DNA from: Candidatus Caldatribacteriota bacterium | GTDB taxonomy: Bacteria > Atribacterota > Phoenicimicrobiia > Phoenicimicrobiales > Phoenicimicrobiaceae | Assembly (NCBI GenBank): GCA_034660595.1 | Contig: JAYEJO010000095.1 | Location: forward strand, 1-37,929 | Direction: 5' to 3' | DNA length: 37,929 nucleotides | In this document: piece by piece, positions 1-8,021 of the stretch | Layout: each line of letters begins with the position of its first letter | Numbering within the stretch: the stretch's first letter is position 1 | The notes under the pieces: generated by a model | Seen by the model: only the letters and a program-made list of their open reading frames with translations | Database searches by the model: none | Told to the model about the DNA's origin: nothing | Made by a program: the position numbers and the translations under genes

Positions 1-24
1 AGTTAAAATTTCTTTTACTTTCAA
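1..24 (-). CDS. 5' end of a gene running off the window (MKVKEILT...), product unknown
   Basis: Minus strand reads AGGAGG-GAAAAA-TTG AAA GTA AAA GAA ATT TTA ACT, a strong RBS plus TTG start, open to the window edge. Confidence 0.55.
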
Positions 25-52
25 TTTTTCCCTCCTAATTTTTAAAATTCGT

Positions 53-90
53 CAGTCTTCCAGTCTACCAGTCACCCGGTCTACCAATCA
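53..90. repeat. Degenerate octamer tandem array
   Basis: cagtcttc-cagtctac-cagtcacc-cggtctac-caatca. Confidence 0.6.
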
Positions 91-112
91 ATTTAGTCGT
101 TAGCAAATAACC

Positions 113-362
113 TAGCGTCGAGCGTATAGCGTTTAGCGTATAGAAATATAGTGATAAGTAATCGTAGGACAGGCGTCTCGCCTGTCTATTAAATAACTCG
201 GGTCGGATAAATCCGACTAAAAAATCTAAAAAATACATACAGAATTTTTATTTCCTCACTTCTTGAAAGAGAGATTATAGGAAAAGTTAAATAAAGTTTA
301 AATTATAAAAGGCAAATATTTTTTTATAGTACTATACGCTAAACGCTCCACGCTCCACGCTA
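113..362. repeat. Inverted pair of heptamer arrays: (TAGCGTA)n at 113-143 and (TATACGC/TAAACGC/TCCACGC)n at 332-362
   Basis: agcgtttagcgtatag is the exact reverse complement of ctatacgctaaacgct. Confidence 0.8.
151..217. repeat. REP-like palindromes
   Basis: GTAG-GACAGGCG-tct-CGCCTGTC at 164-186 and GTCGGAT-aa-ATCCGAC; both recur at 1463-1548. Confidence 0.7.
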
Positions 363-375
363 TTCTTACTATATA

Positions 376-1167
376 TTAAAAAAATCCCGGTATGGTAATA
401 TTTTTTGCTGTAGAAATTAATGAATCTATTAATTGAGGTATCTTTTCTTTATCCATTCTAACTGTGGGGACACTAAAACTTAAACCAGCACAAACTTTTC
501 CTTGCTGGTCTTTTAAGGGAACAGCTACACAAGATACTCCCTGCATATACTCTTCACTAATAAAACTATAACCCTTATCTCTAATTAATTTTAGGTCTTT
601 CTTTAAATATTCTTTACTGGTAATAGTATATGGGGTATAGGATTTTAATTTTACTCTTTGCAGATAACCATCTAACTCCTGCTCGTTTAAATAAGCTAAT
701 AAAACTTTTCCTCCGGCTGCACAATAAGCAGGTTGATGAGAGCCAATCCTTAAATCTAATTTAAGGGCATTATCGCAGCCAATATTATAAAGATAGATAA
801 TCTCGTCTCTATCCAGAATTGTCAAGTTGACTGTTTCATTAAATTTTTGCGAAAGTTTTTTCATATGGGGAATAATCTGAACCAAGCCAACTCTATCAGT
901 AACCGCGGTTCCTAATTTGAAGATTTTAACTGTGAGATAGTATTTGCGATTCTGGGGATTTTGTTCTATGTAACCGAGGTTTTTTAGAGTGCCTAACAGG
1001 CGATGTACCGTTCCTTTAGGAAGAGTTGTTTTTCTACAAAGCTCGGCAATCCCTAATTCTAATCCGTTGTCCGCTAAAACTTCCAGAAGGGAAAAGGTGT
1101 TTTCTATTGAATGAATAGGATATTTAAATTTATTTTCATTGTTATTGGGTTCGCTCATTTGTTTCAC
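376..1167 (-). CDS. IclR-family transcriptional regulator
   Basis: N-terminal HTH (LGIAELCRKTTLPKGTVHRLLGTL), ETVNL, PAYCAAGGKVLL and GVSCVAVP effector-domain motifs; start is GTG 1167 or ATG 1158. Confidence 0.93.
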   Translation of the reverse strand: MKQMSEPNNNENKFKYPIHSIENTFSLLEVLADNGLELGIAELCRKTTLPKGTVHRLLGTLKNLGYIEQNPQNRKYYLTVKIFKLGTAVTDRVGLVQIIPHMKKLSQKFNETVNLTILDRDEIIYLYNIGCDNALKLDLRIGSHQPAYCAAGGKVLLAYLNEQELDGYLQRVKLKSYTPYTITSKEYLKKDLKLIRDKGYSFISEEYMQGVSCVAVPLKDQQGKVCAGLSFSVPTVRMDKEKIPQLIDSLISTAKNITIPGFF

Positions 1168-1197
1168 TATATATACCTTTGGTCTTTATATTGAAAC
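1161..1197. promoter_or_regulatory. Candidate IclR autoregulatory operator (inverted 17-bp arms)
   Basis: gtttcactatatatacc-ttt-ggtctttatattgaaac; arms 14/17 complementary; overlaps the iclR RBS and start. Confidence 0.55.
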
Positions 1198-1429
1198 TTT
1201 TCTATCCATATAATACCACAGAATTTCAAAAAATCCTCCTTTTTCTGAAAAATATTTTAAACATTTTTTATAAATTGAGTAAAATAATTATTGTATTTGA
1301 AAAATAATTTTCAAAACGGCTGTTTATATTTAAGATAAGTAAGGGGAAAAATAAATCTATAGGTAAGATAAGAAAATTACCACCACATAAAACGGTAGCT
1401 TTTAAAGAAAAAATATTATTTCATCCGCT

Positions 1430-1697
1430 GTAAGGGTTCGATTCATCGAACCCTTAAGGAACCGGGTCGGATAAATCCGACCCCTACCACGACAGGCGGG
1501 CCTGCCCTCGTGAAAACAGGAGACGCCTGTCCTACGGTTACTTATCTCGGGCAGACACAAGATCTGCCCCTACATATTGGCTTTTAAATTCTGATTTCCT
1601 CTTTCATGACTATACGCTAAACGCTGCTAAACGCTATCCGCTATCAAGGCGTATGCAATATGCCTCTACAATGATAGATTCCCGATGAAGTTTATCC
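1430..1697. repeat. Cluster of REP-like palindromes (most ending in CTAC) plus a heptamer array
   Basis: taagggttcga-ttca-tcgaaccctta; gggtcggat-aa-atccgaccc-ctac; gacaggcg...agacgcctgtc-ctac; gggcaga-N7-tctgccc-ctac; ctatacgctaaacgct array at 1610-1643; aggcgtatgcaatatgcct-ctac. Confidence 0.8.
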
Positions 1698-1711
1698 CCT
1701 ATTTTCATTTT

Positions 1712-3766
1712 TTATAATAAAGTATGCGTCAAGAATAGAGGGAGAAGAGTAATTGAGAGGATATTCACCAGTTTAATAAGAATATGAAGTGATGGCCCAG
1801 CAACATCCTTTAGAGCGTCACCCACTGTATCGCCCAAAACTGCTGCAGAGTGTGCAGGCGACCCCTTACCTCCGTATTGTCCTTCCTCAATTAATTTCTT
1901 TGCATTATCCCACGCCCCTCCCGAATTAAACATAAATACGGCAAGGAGTGCTCCTACAATCTTTACTCCAATTAGAAAAGCTGCGAGTGGCCAAACTCCA
2001 AGCGTAAATCCTATAATTATAGGGGCTATTAATCCTACTAAGGTCGGAAGAAGCATCTGTTTCAGTGAGTACTTAGTACTTACATCCACACATGCTGAAT
2101 AATCTGGATTTGCTTTTCCTTCAAATAGTCCGGGAATTTCTCTAAATTGCCTTCTCACCTCTTCAACCATCTTAGAGGCGGCTTTACTCGTAGCCCTTAT
2201 AATTAAAGCTGAAAATAAAAAAGGTATAGTAGCACCTATTAAAAGAGCTGAGATTATGACAGGTTTAGCTATATTAAGGTTTATAGCAATATCAGAAATG
2301 CTTGTTAAAGTAATGCCTTGATACTCAGCAAGCGAAAAAATGTAAGCGAATAGTATAACCACACTGGATAGGACGCATTTTGTTAATCCATAACCTTTGG
2401 TGATTGCTTTGGTTACATTGCCAGCTGCATCAAGAATATCCAGGGATTCTCTTGCATCTTTCGATATGCCCGCCATTTGTGCTATTCCAGCTGCATTATC
2501 GACGATAGGACCAAAGGTATCTATAGACTGAATCATACCTTTCATCTCAGTCATACCCAGGGTAGCCATAGCTATACCAAAGATGCCGAGTAGACCCCCA
2601 CCTAATATTCGGTAACTAAAAAGGATAATTGCAGCTATTAGAACTATCGGAAGCACTGCGCTTTCTAATCCGTACGAAAATCCAGTGAGAACGTTGATAG
2701 ACTCCCCTGTTTGTGATGCTTCAGCTATTCTTTTCACTGGGCTTCCTCTTATACCCGTGTAATATTGCACAATTAGTGACACAATAATAACGGATAATAA
2801 GCCAGATGATAGGCAATAAAAAAGGCGTATATCTTTCATAAACCACATAGATAGTACATAAAATAATACAAGGTTTAATATTCCTGCTGAGAATAATCCA
2901 ATATTTAGTGAAGTCAAAGGACTTCTTTTACCCAATTTCTTGACAGAGAACACCCCAACAATAGTTGCTATCTTCCCAGCAGACCTAATTAAGAGAGGAA
3001 ATAGTACAGCATTCCATCCATAGATATCTACAAAAGCTAACCCAAGAATCATTGTACATACAAGATTATCAGCACTGGATTCGAAAAGGTCAGACCCTCT
3101 TCCTGCACAATCGCCAACATTATCTCCCACTAAATCAGCTATAACAGCGGGATTTCTTGGATCATCTTCCGGCATATGTAAGGCAATTTTTCCAATTAAG
3201 TCAGCACCTATGTCCGCAGCCTTAGTAAAAATTCCTCCTCCAATCTGAGAAAATAAGGCAGATAGGCTCGCCCCAAATCCAAATCCGACTAAAAGACGAA
3301 CACCCTCTGGGTTTGTTGGACTTACTCTAAATACAAGACATAGCGTAGATATGCCTATGAGGATTAGAGTTACAATGGAAAATCCCATGATCGCACCTCC
3401 TCTAAAGGCTAAAACCAGGGATTTTCCAGCAGAAGTACGCGCTGTATTTGCCACTCTTACATTTGCTCTCACAGTACTACTCATTCCCACCAAGATTGCC
3501 AACATAGAAAAAAGAACTCCTATAACAAATCCAAAAGCAATTTGCCAACCTAAAAGAAAATATAAGAGAATGGCAAGAGGTATAATTGCGTAAGAAATTG
3601 TTTTAAATTCCCTCTTTAAAAAGGTATATGCTCCTTCTTGAATAAAACTTGCTAATTCTTTCATACGAGGCGTTCCAGTGCTCTCCTTAGTGATCCACCA
3701 AAAAAGCCAAATGATAATGGGTATTCCTAAAAAACCGGTAATAAGTGGAATTAGTATAAAATTCAT
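1712..3766 (-). CDS. hppA: Membrane-bound ion-translocating pyrophosphatase, K+-independent (AVP2-like) type
   Basis: GGGIFTKAADIGADL, PEDDPRNPA, DLVGDNVGDC, GGAWDNAKK and GDTVGD motifs; Lys in GNVTKA indicates K+-independence. Confidence 0.93.
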   Translation of the reverse strand: MNFILIPLITGFLGIPIIIWLFWWITKESTGTPRMKELASFIQEGAYTFLKREFKTISYAIIPLAILLYFLLGWQIAFGFVIGVLFSMLAILVGMSSTVRANVRVANTARTSAGKSLVLAFRGGAIMGFSIVTLILIGISTLCLVFRVSPTNPEGVRLLVGFGFGASLSALFSQIGGGIFTKAADIGADLIGKIALHMPEDDPRNPAVIADLVGDNVGDCAGRGSDLFESSADNLVCTMILGLAFVDIYGWNAVLFPLLIRSAGKIATIVGVFSVKKLGKRSPLTSLNIGLFSAGILNLVLFYVLSMWFMKDIRLFYCLSSGLLSVIIVSLIVQYYTGIRGSPVKRIAEASQTGESINVLTGFSYGLESAVLPIVLIAAIILFSYRILGGGLLGIFGIAMATLGMTEMKGMIQSIDTFGPIVDNAAGIAQMAGISKDARESLDILDAAGNVTKAITKGYGLTKCVLSSVVILFAYIFSLAEYQGITLTSISDIAINLNIAKPVIISALLIGATIPFLFSALIIRATSKAASKMVEEVRRQFREIPGLFEGKANPDYSACVDVSTKYSLKQMLLPTLVGLIAPIIIGFTLGVWPLAAFLIGVKIVGALLAVFMFNSGGAWDNAKKLIEEGQYGGKGSPAHSAAVLGDTVGDALKDVAGPSLHILIKLVNILSITLLPLFLTHTLL

Positions 3767-3782
3767 TTTATTCGCCTTCTTT

Positions 3783-5015
3783 TTATTTTACTTCAGTGGC
3801 TTCTCCTGATTTAATAAGGGCATACTTGGTTAACGGCGGAGCAATCAATTCATTGATAATGACTGAGGCCAATATGGCACTTATCATTATATTTCCTATA
3901 CCTGTACCCGAGAAAGCAAGATGTTGTTTGGCTAAAAGAGCTAATCCTACAGTTACTCCTGCTTTGGGGAACAAACCAAATCCTAAATATTTCTTAATCA
4001 CTGTAGGGGCGTGAGAGACAGTAGCTCCTATTCTTGCTCCAATATATTTGCCGCTACACCTACCGGCAACAATTAATAAACTTAATATTCCTGCGGTCTT
4101 TATAACCCCTAAATCGAAATTTGCCCCCGCTAAAGTGAAGAACATAGCAAAGATTACATCATCAATATCATCAATTACCTCAAAGGCATTTTCATTAGGC
4201 CTTATCCTATTAGTTACTACAAAACCCATAACCATATTTGCTAAAATACTGGAAATATTTAATATTTTTGCCGTGCCTACGCATAATAAGATTATTCCTA
4301 AAACAATAACTGATAATCTCTTTTTTGTATCAGCAAAACGGATTAAATAGGTCATTCCAAATCCCAAGACTGTCCCTAATAATATAGCTCCCCCTATATC
4401 TAATGCCGGGACCATTACTACTCTAAGCCAGGAGACATTACTAAAACTGCCAATGGTTAATACTTCCGCAATACTCAACCCCAGGGCATAAGCAATTATG
4501 CAAAGAGCATCATCTATGGCAATAACCGCCAGTAGAGTACTGGTTAAAGGACCACTTGCTTTATACTCCCGAATTATGGCAATGGTAGCTGCCGGGGCAG
4601 TAGCGCAGGAGATGGCACCAATCACTATAGCCGGGGGGAGGTAAGTTTGATAAAAATTGGGATTGGGGATGGCAAATTTAATAATAAAAGGGGCTAGAAA
4701 AGCTAATAATGTGGTGACTAATATCCATGCCCCCATTAATTGAGAACAGGTAATTACTACAATCTGCTTCCCAAATCTTTTTAATATTCCTAAATTAAGA
4801 GAGCCCCCCACTAAATAACCGATAATCCCTAAACTAATTTCTACAATTACACTTAAGTCTCCGTTGGTTAATTCTTTAGGAATAACATTAAATACACTTA
4901 AACCCATTCCTATAATAATATATCCACTAATAGTGGGAAGTTTGAACTTTCTGGCTATAATACCGCCAAAGAATCCGATTACTAATAATAATCCTACTGC
5001 TAATATTGAATTCAC
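3783..5015 (-). CDS. Cation:proton antiporter (Na+/H+ exchanger family, CPA2-like)
   Basis: About 12 TM segments; KLPTISGYI, ATAPAA, AIDD and GLFPKAGV motifs. Confidence 0.85.
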   Translation of the reverse strand: MNSILAVGLLLVIGFFGGIIARKFKLPTISGYIIIGMGLSVFNVIPKELTNGDLSVIVEISLGIIGYLVGGSLNLGILKRFGKQIVVITCSQLMGAWILVTTLLAFLAPFIIKFAIPNPNFYQTYLPPAIVIGAISCATAPAATIAIIREYKASGPLTSTLLAVIAIDDALCIIAYALGLSIAEVLTIGSFSNVSWLRVVMVPALDIGGAILLGTVLGFGMTYLIRFADTKKRLSVIVLGIILLCVGTAKILNISSILANMVMGFVVTNRIRPNENAFEVIDDIDDVIFAMFFTLAGANFDLGVIKTAGILSLLIVAGRCSGKYIGARIGATVSHAPTVIKKYLGFGLFPKAGVTVGLALLAKQHLAFSGTGIGNIMISAILASVIINELIAPPLTKYALIKSGEATEVK

Positions 5016-5094
5016 TTATACATCTCCATTTTCATCTATGATAATTGGTAGTTATTTCTAAAACCATCGAGCTCTATACTCTTCTGATTTTACA

Positions 5095-5931
5095 TCATTT
5101 CGATACTTCCTTATCAAGCCAGTCTATTAAAAATTTGAAGACTTCTTCTTTTTCCGGCTCATTGTGAATTTCATGATAAAGACCATCCCAAATTTTAAAG
5201 GTACACTTTTCGGGTATATTGTTAGCAAATTCTTTACTTGCTTCAATAGAAATTATTTTATCAGCTCCCCCCTGCATAAGTAGAAGCGGAAGGGAGAATT
5301 CTGAAGCATGTTCTAATGCCCATTGTCCTGCTTGATAGACACTGATAAACATCCGAGCTGAAATACGGTCATGAACCATGGGGTCATTTTCATAAGTGTG
5401 GACCGCTTCTAAGTCATGAGATAGGGCCTTGGTATCTAAACCACTTTTCTGGGAAAATGAAGGCCAGATGCAATTGGTCATTTTTCCTAAAGCAATTTTA
5501 AAAGCAGGGGGCTCAAAAGCTAAACGGAGCCAGGGAGCGGTAGCAATTACTCCCTTAAGGTGTGGCTGGCGACGAAGAACATAATTAAGAACTAAATTAC
5601 CTCCCAAGCTATGCCCACAAAGAAAAGCGGCTAATTGAGGAAATTTTTTATTTGCAATTTCCAACAAGAAAGAAATATCCTGCATTATAGCCTCGTAGGA
5701 AGGGATGTGACCACGCAGTCCTTCAGATTTACCATGCCCGCGTAAATCAAAAGTAAACATTGCATATCCTGCTTTAGTTAATCTATCAGCTACATGGACA
5801 TAGCGTCCACCGTGTTCTCCTATTCCATGAATCAAACAAACCACAGCCCGAGTTCGGTCTTCCGGTTGCCAGCTTTGACCGAAGAGCTGTAATCCATCAA
5901 AAGTTTTGAATTTAAATTCAGTATGTTTCAT
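5095..5931 (-). CDS. Alpha/beta hydrolase, lysophospholipase/monoacylglycerol lipase family
   Basis: HGIGEH, DLRGHG, nucleophile GHSLGG, C-terminal YHEIHNE. Confidence 0.9.
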   Translation of the reverse strand: MKHTEFKFKTFDGLQLFGQSWQPEDRTRAVVCLIHGIGEHGGRYVHVADRLTKAGYAMFTFDLRGHGKSEGLRGHIPSYEAIMQDISFLLEIANKKFPQLAAFLCGHSLGGNLVLNYVLRRQPHLKGVIATAPWLRLAFEPPAFKIALGKMTNCIWPSFSQKSGLDTKALSHDLEAVHTYENDPMVHDRISARMFISVYQAGQWALEHASEFSLPLLLMQGGADKIISIEASKEFANNIPEKCTFKIWDGLYHEIHNEPEKEEVFKFLIDWLDKEVSK

Positions 5932-5966
5932 TTTTTACCCTTTCTTTTCTTATTAAATTACTATAC

Positions 5967-6851
5967 TTAATAAAACTTTTTTATATAATCCTCAACGTCA
6001 TCTCTGGTTCCTTTAAAAGGACCGGGCTTTTCCATCTTTAATGAAACTAATGCACTGGCAAAAAGTAAGGCATCTTCAATATTTTTATTTAGTCTTTCGG
6101 TAATATAGGCGCTAAAACAGGTATCGCCCCGACCGCTTCTACCCGAAAGATTTCTCGGCTTTAAAGGAAAGGCATAATGTTTTTTGCCATTATAGATTAA
6201 TACTTCTTTATTGTGAGTAATCATAATCTCCTTTGCTCCCCACTTGAAGAGCATTTCCCCTGCTTTCTTTTTATCTTTTGTTCCGGTCATAATTTCAGCT
6301 TCAGCTGCATCAGTTTTTAGATAATCAATATAAGGGAGATATTCCTTCTTTCCCTCCCAATCTTTAAAGACCATTTCCCTATTTTCTCCTACATTCCTTA
6401 AAAATCCTTGAACATCCAGGGCAATTTTCCCTTTGTTATGCAGAAACTTTATCATTTTACTATCAAACTCCCCATAGATAAGGCCGGCAAAATGATATAT
6501 TTGGGAATCAATATTATTGGGGATATCGTCAATGGTGAAGGGTTCAGCAACCGATAGAGCAGTGCAGGTCCTTCTCTCTCTATCTGCGCTATGATAAATG
6601 TTTCTTATGGAAGTTGTACTTTTAGAATTTAAAGCGAAAATATTTTTTTCGGGAATGTTAAATGCTTCTAAGCAATTTTTATCCTGGAAGGATAATTTAG
6701 TTAAAATACCGGTTTTATGACCAATGGCATGGGAAGCACAGGATGAATAGATCACCGCTCCTCCAATTTCCTTTACAGCTTCTCGCTGATAAATATTTTC
6801 ATCGATAGAGACATGACCCATTATAAAAGTATCGTAATTTTTCATTTTCAC
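5967..6851 (-). CDS. PfkB/ribokinase-family kinase, probably PPi-dependent (TM0415-like inositol kinase)
   Basis: GHVSID, GGAV, DVQGFLR, LKTD, GRSGRGDTC in place of DxxGAGD, SLKME. Confidence 0.8.
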   Translation of the reverse strand: MKMKNYDTFIMGHVSIDENIYQREAVKEIGGAVIYSSCASHAIGHKTGILTKLSFQDKNCLEAFNIPEKNIFALNSKSTTSIRNIYHSADRERRTCTALSVAEPFTIDDIPNNIDSQIYHFAGLIYGEFDSKMIKFLHNKGKIALDVQGFLRNVGENREMVFKDWEGKKEYLPYIDYLKTDAAEAEIMTGTKDKKKAGEMLFKWGAKEIMITHNKEVLIYNGKKHYAFPLKPRNLSGRSGRGDTCFSAYITERLNKNIEDALLFASALVSLKMEKPGPFKGTRDDVEDYIKKFY

Positions 6852-6961
6852 CTCTTACCCCTTTTTTCACATAAAACAATTATACTCCTAAAAATCTCTT
6901 TTGAAAAATATTTTTTAGAAAGAATTTTATTTGCTAATACATATAATTCAAATAAATTAAA

Positions 6962-7193
6962 TTAGTCGTTAGTGAATAGTGAATAGTCGTTAGTCTTAAA
7001 TACAATTTTCCAGTTTTCAGTTATCATTATACAGCAAAAAACTTAAAGCCAAAAACGCAAAACCATAATTCAAAACTCAAAACTTTTTCTCTTGTATTGC
7101 GTATTGCTTGTTACGGATGTGTTTTCCTTTTTTTTATTCTGACTCCTGGATTCTGGCTACTCACTTCTATTCTCTTCACGAGATATGAAATAC
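6962..7193. repeat. Patchwork of degenerate heptamer arrays
   Basis: tagtcgt-tagtgaa-tagtgaa-tagtcgt; caaaact-type run; gtattgc x2; ttctgac-tcctgga-ttctggc; cacgagatatgaaatac. Confidence 0.6.
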
Positions 7194-7347
7194 AAATTAG
7201 GACTTGCAGAAAAAGGAAATTCCTATACAATTAAATTAGTTATTATTTGAAATTTCAATCTGGACATGTAGGTCTTTCTGGCGGAAAATTGAGCTAAAAA
7301 ATGAAGAAAAAAGGGGATAAAAATATTGGTAAGTTTAACTTATTTGT

Positions 7348-8010
7348 TTAAAAATTTATAATTTCTAATAATTTAGTTAGTGTAATATCACCTATTTTTT
7401 CAAAACGAAAGCGGGCTTTTCCTACCCTTTCCTTCGGACCAATACCGATAGGCAGCATATTACCTGCCAAAGCAGCATCAATCCCTGCTTCCGCATCTTC
7501 TACTACTGCACAATCTTCTGGCTTTACTCCTAATTCTTTCGCCGCAAATAAGAATATATCCGGAGCGGGTTTAGTATTCTTTACACTATGTCCATCTGCA
7601 ATGACATCAAATAGATTCTCTATTCCTGTTCTTTGTAATACTGTTCTCGTATTCTTGCTAACCGAAGCAATGGCTGTTTTTATCCCTCTTTTTTTTAGTT
7701 CCAAAACTATTTCCTTTGCCCCGGAAAGAATATTTTCAGAAGTCATCTTTCTTAATAGTTCCACATAATATTCGTTTTTTCTATCCATCATTTCCTGAAA
7801 TTTTTCAGCCGAAACTTGTTTCCCTTTTAATAATATTTTTAGGCACTTATTTCGGGAAACACCCCTTAATTTATCATTATCATCTCTGTTAAAAGGAATT
7901 CCTTCTTCATCAGCCAATCTTTTCCATGCCTGATAATGATATTCAGAAGTATCCGTAATTACTCCGTCGAGGTCAAAGATAACCGCTTTTATTTTCTTAC
8001 TCATTTTCAA
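7348..8010 (-). CDS. pgmB: Beta-phosphoglucomutase
   Basis: FDLDGVITDT, HYQAWK, LRGVSR, KPAPDIF and EDAEAG motifs; adjacent to GH65. Confidence 0.92.
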   Translation of the reverse strand: MKMSKKIKAVIFDLDGVITDTSEYHYQAWKRLADEEGIPFNRDDNDKLRGVSRNKCLKILLKGKQVSAEKFQEMMDRKNEYYVELLRKMTSENILSGAKEIVLELKKRGIKTAIASVSKNTRTVLQRTGIENLFDVIADGHSVKNTKPAPDIFLFAAKELGVKPEDCAVVEDAEAGIDAALAGNMLPIGIGPKERVGKARFRFEKIGDITLTKLLEIINF

Positions 8011-8021
8011 ATATTCCTTTC

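Noticed and set aside
1-24. Assigning the truncated gene as KDPG aldolase (eda)
   Set aside because: Only eight codons are visible
1434-1444. GGGTTCGATTC resembling a tRNA T-loop
   Set aside because: It is one arm of a palindrome; no cloverleaf or CCA end
3351-5061. Plus-strand ORFs 3351-3593, 3796-4014, 4048-4350 and 4864-5061
   Set aside because: Antisense shadows of hydrophobic membrane-protein genes; no family motifs
7198-7340. Possible IS end or riboswitch in the long pgmB-pfkB gap
   Set aside because: No partner inverted repeat, transposase remnant or recognisable riboswitch consensus; an Rfam/ISfinder search would be needed
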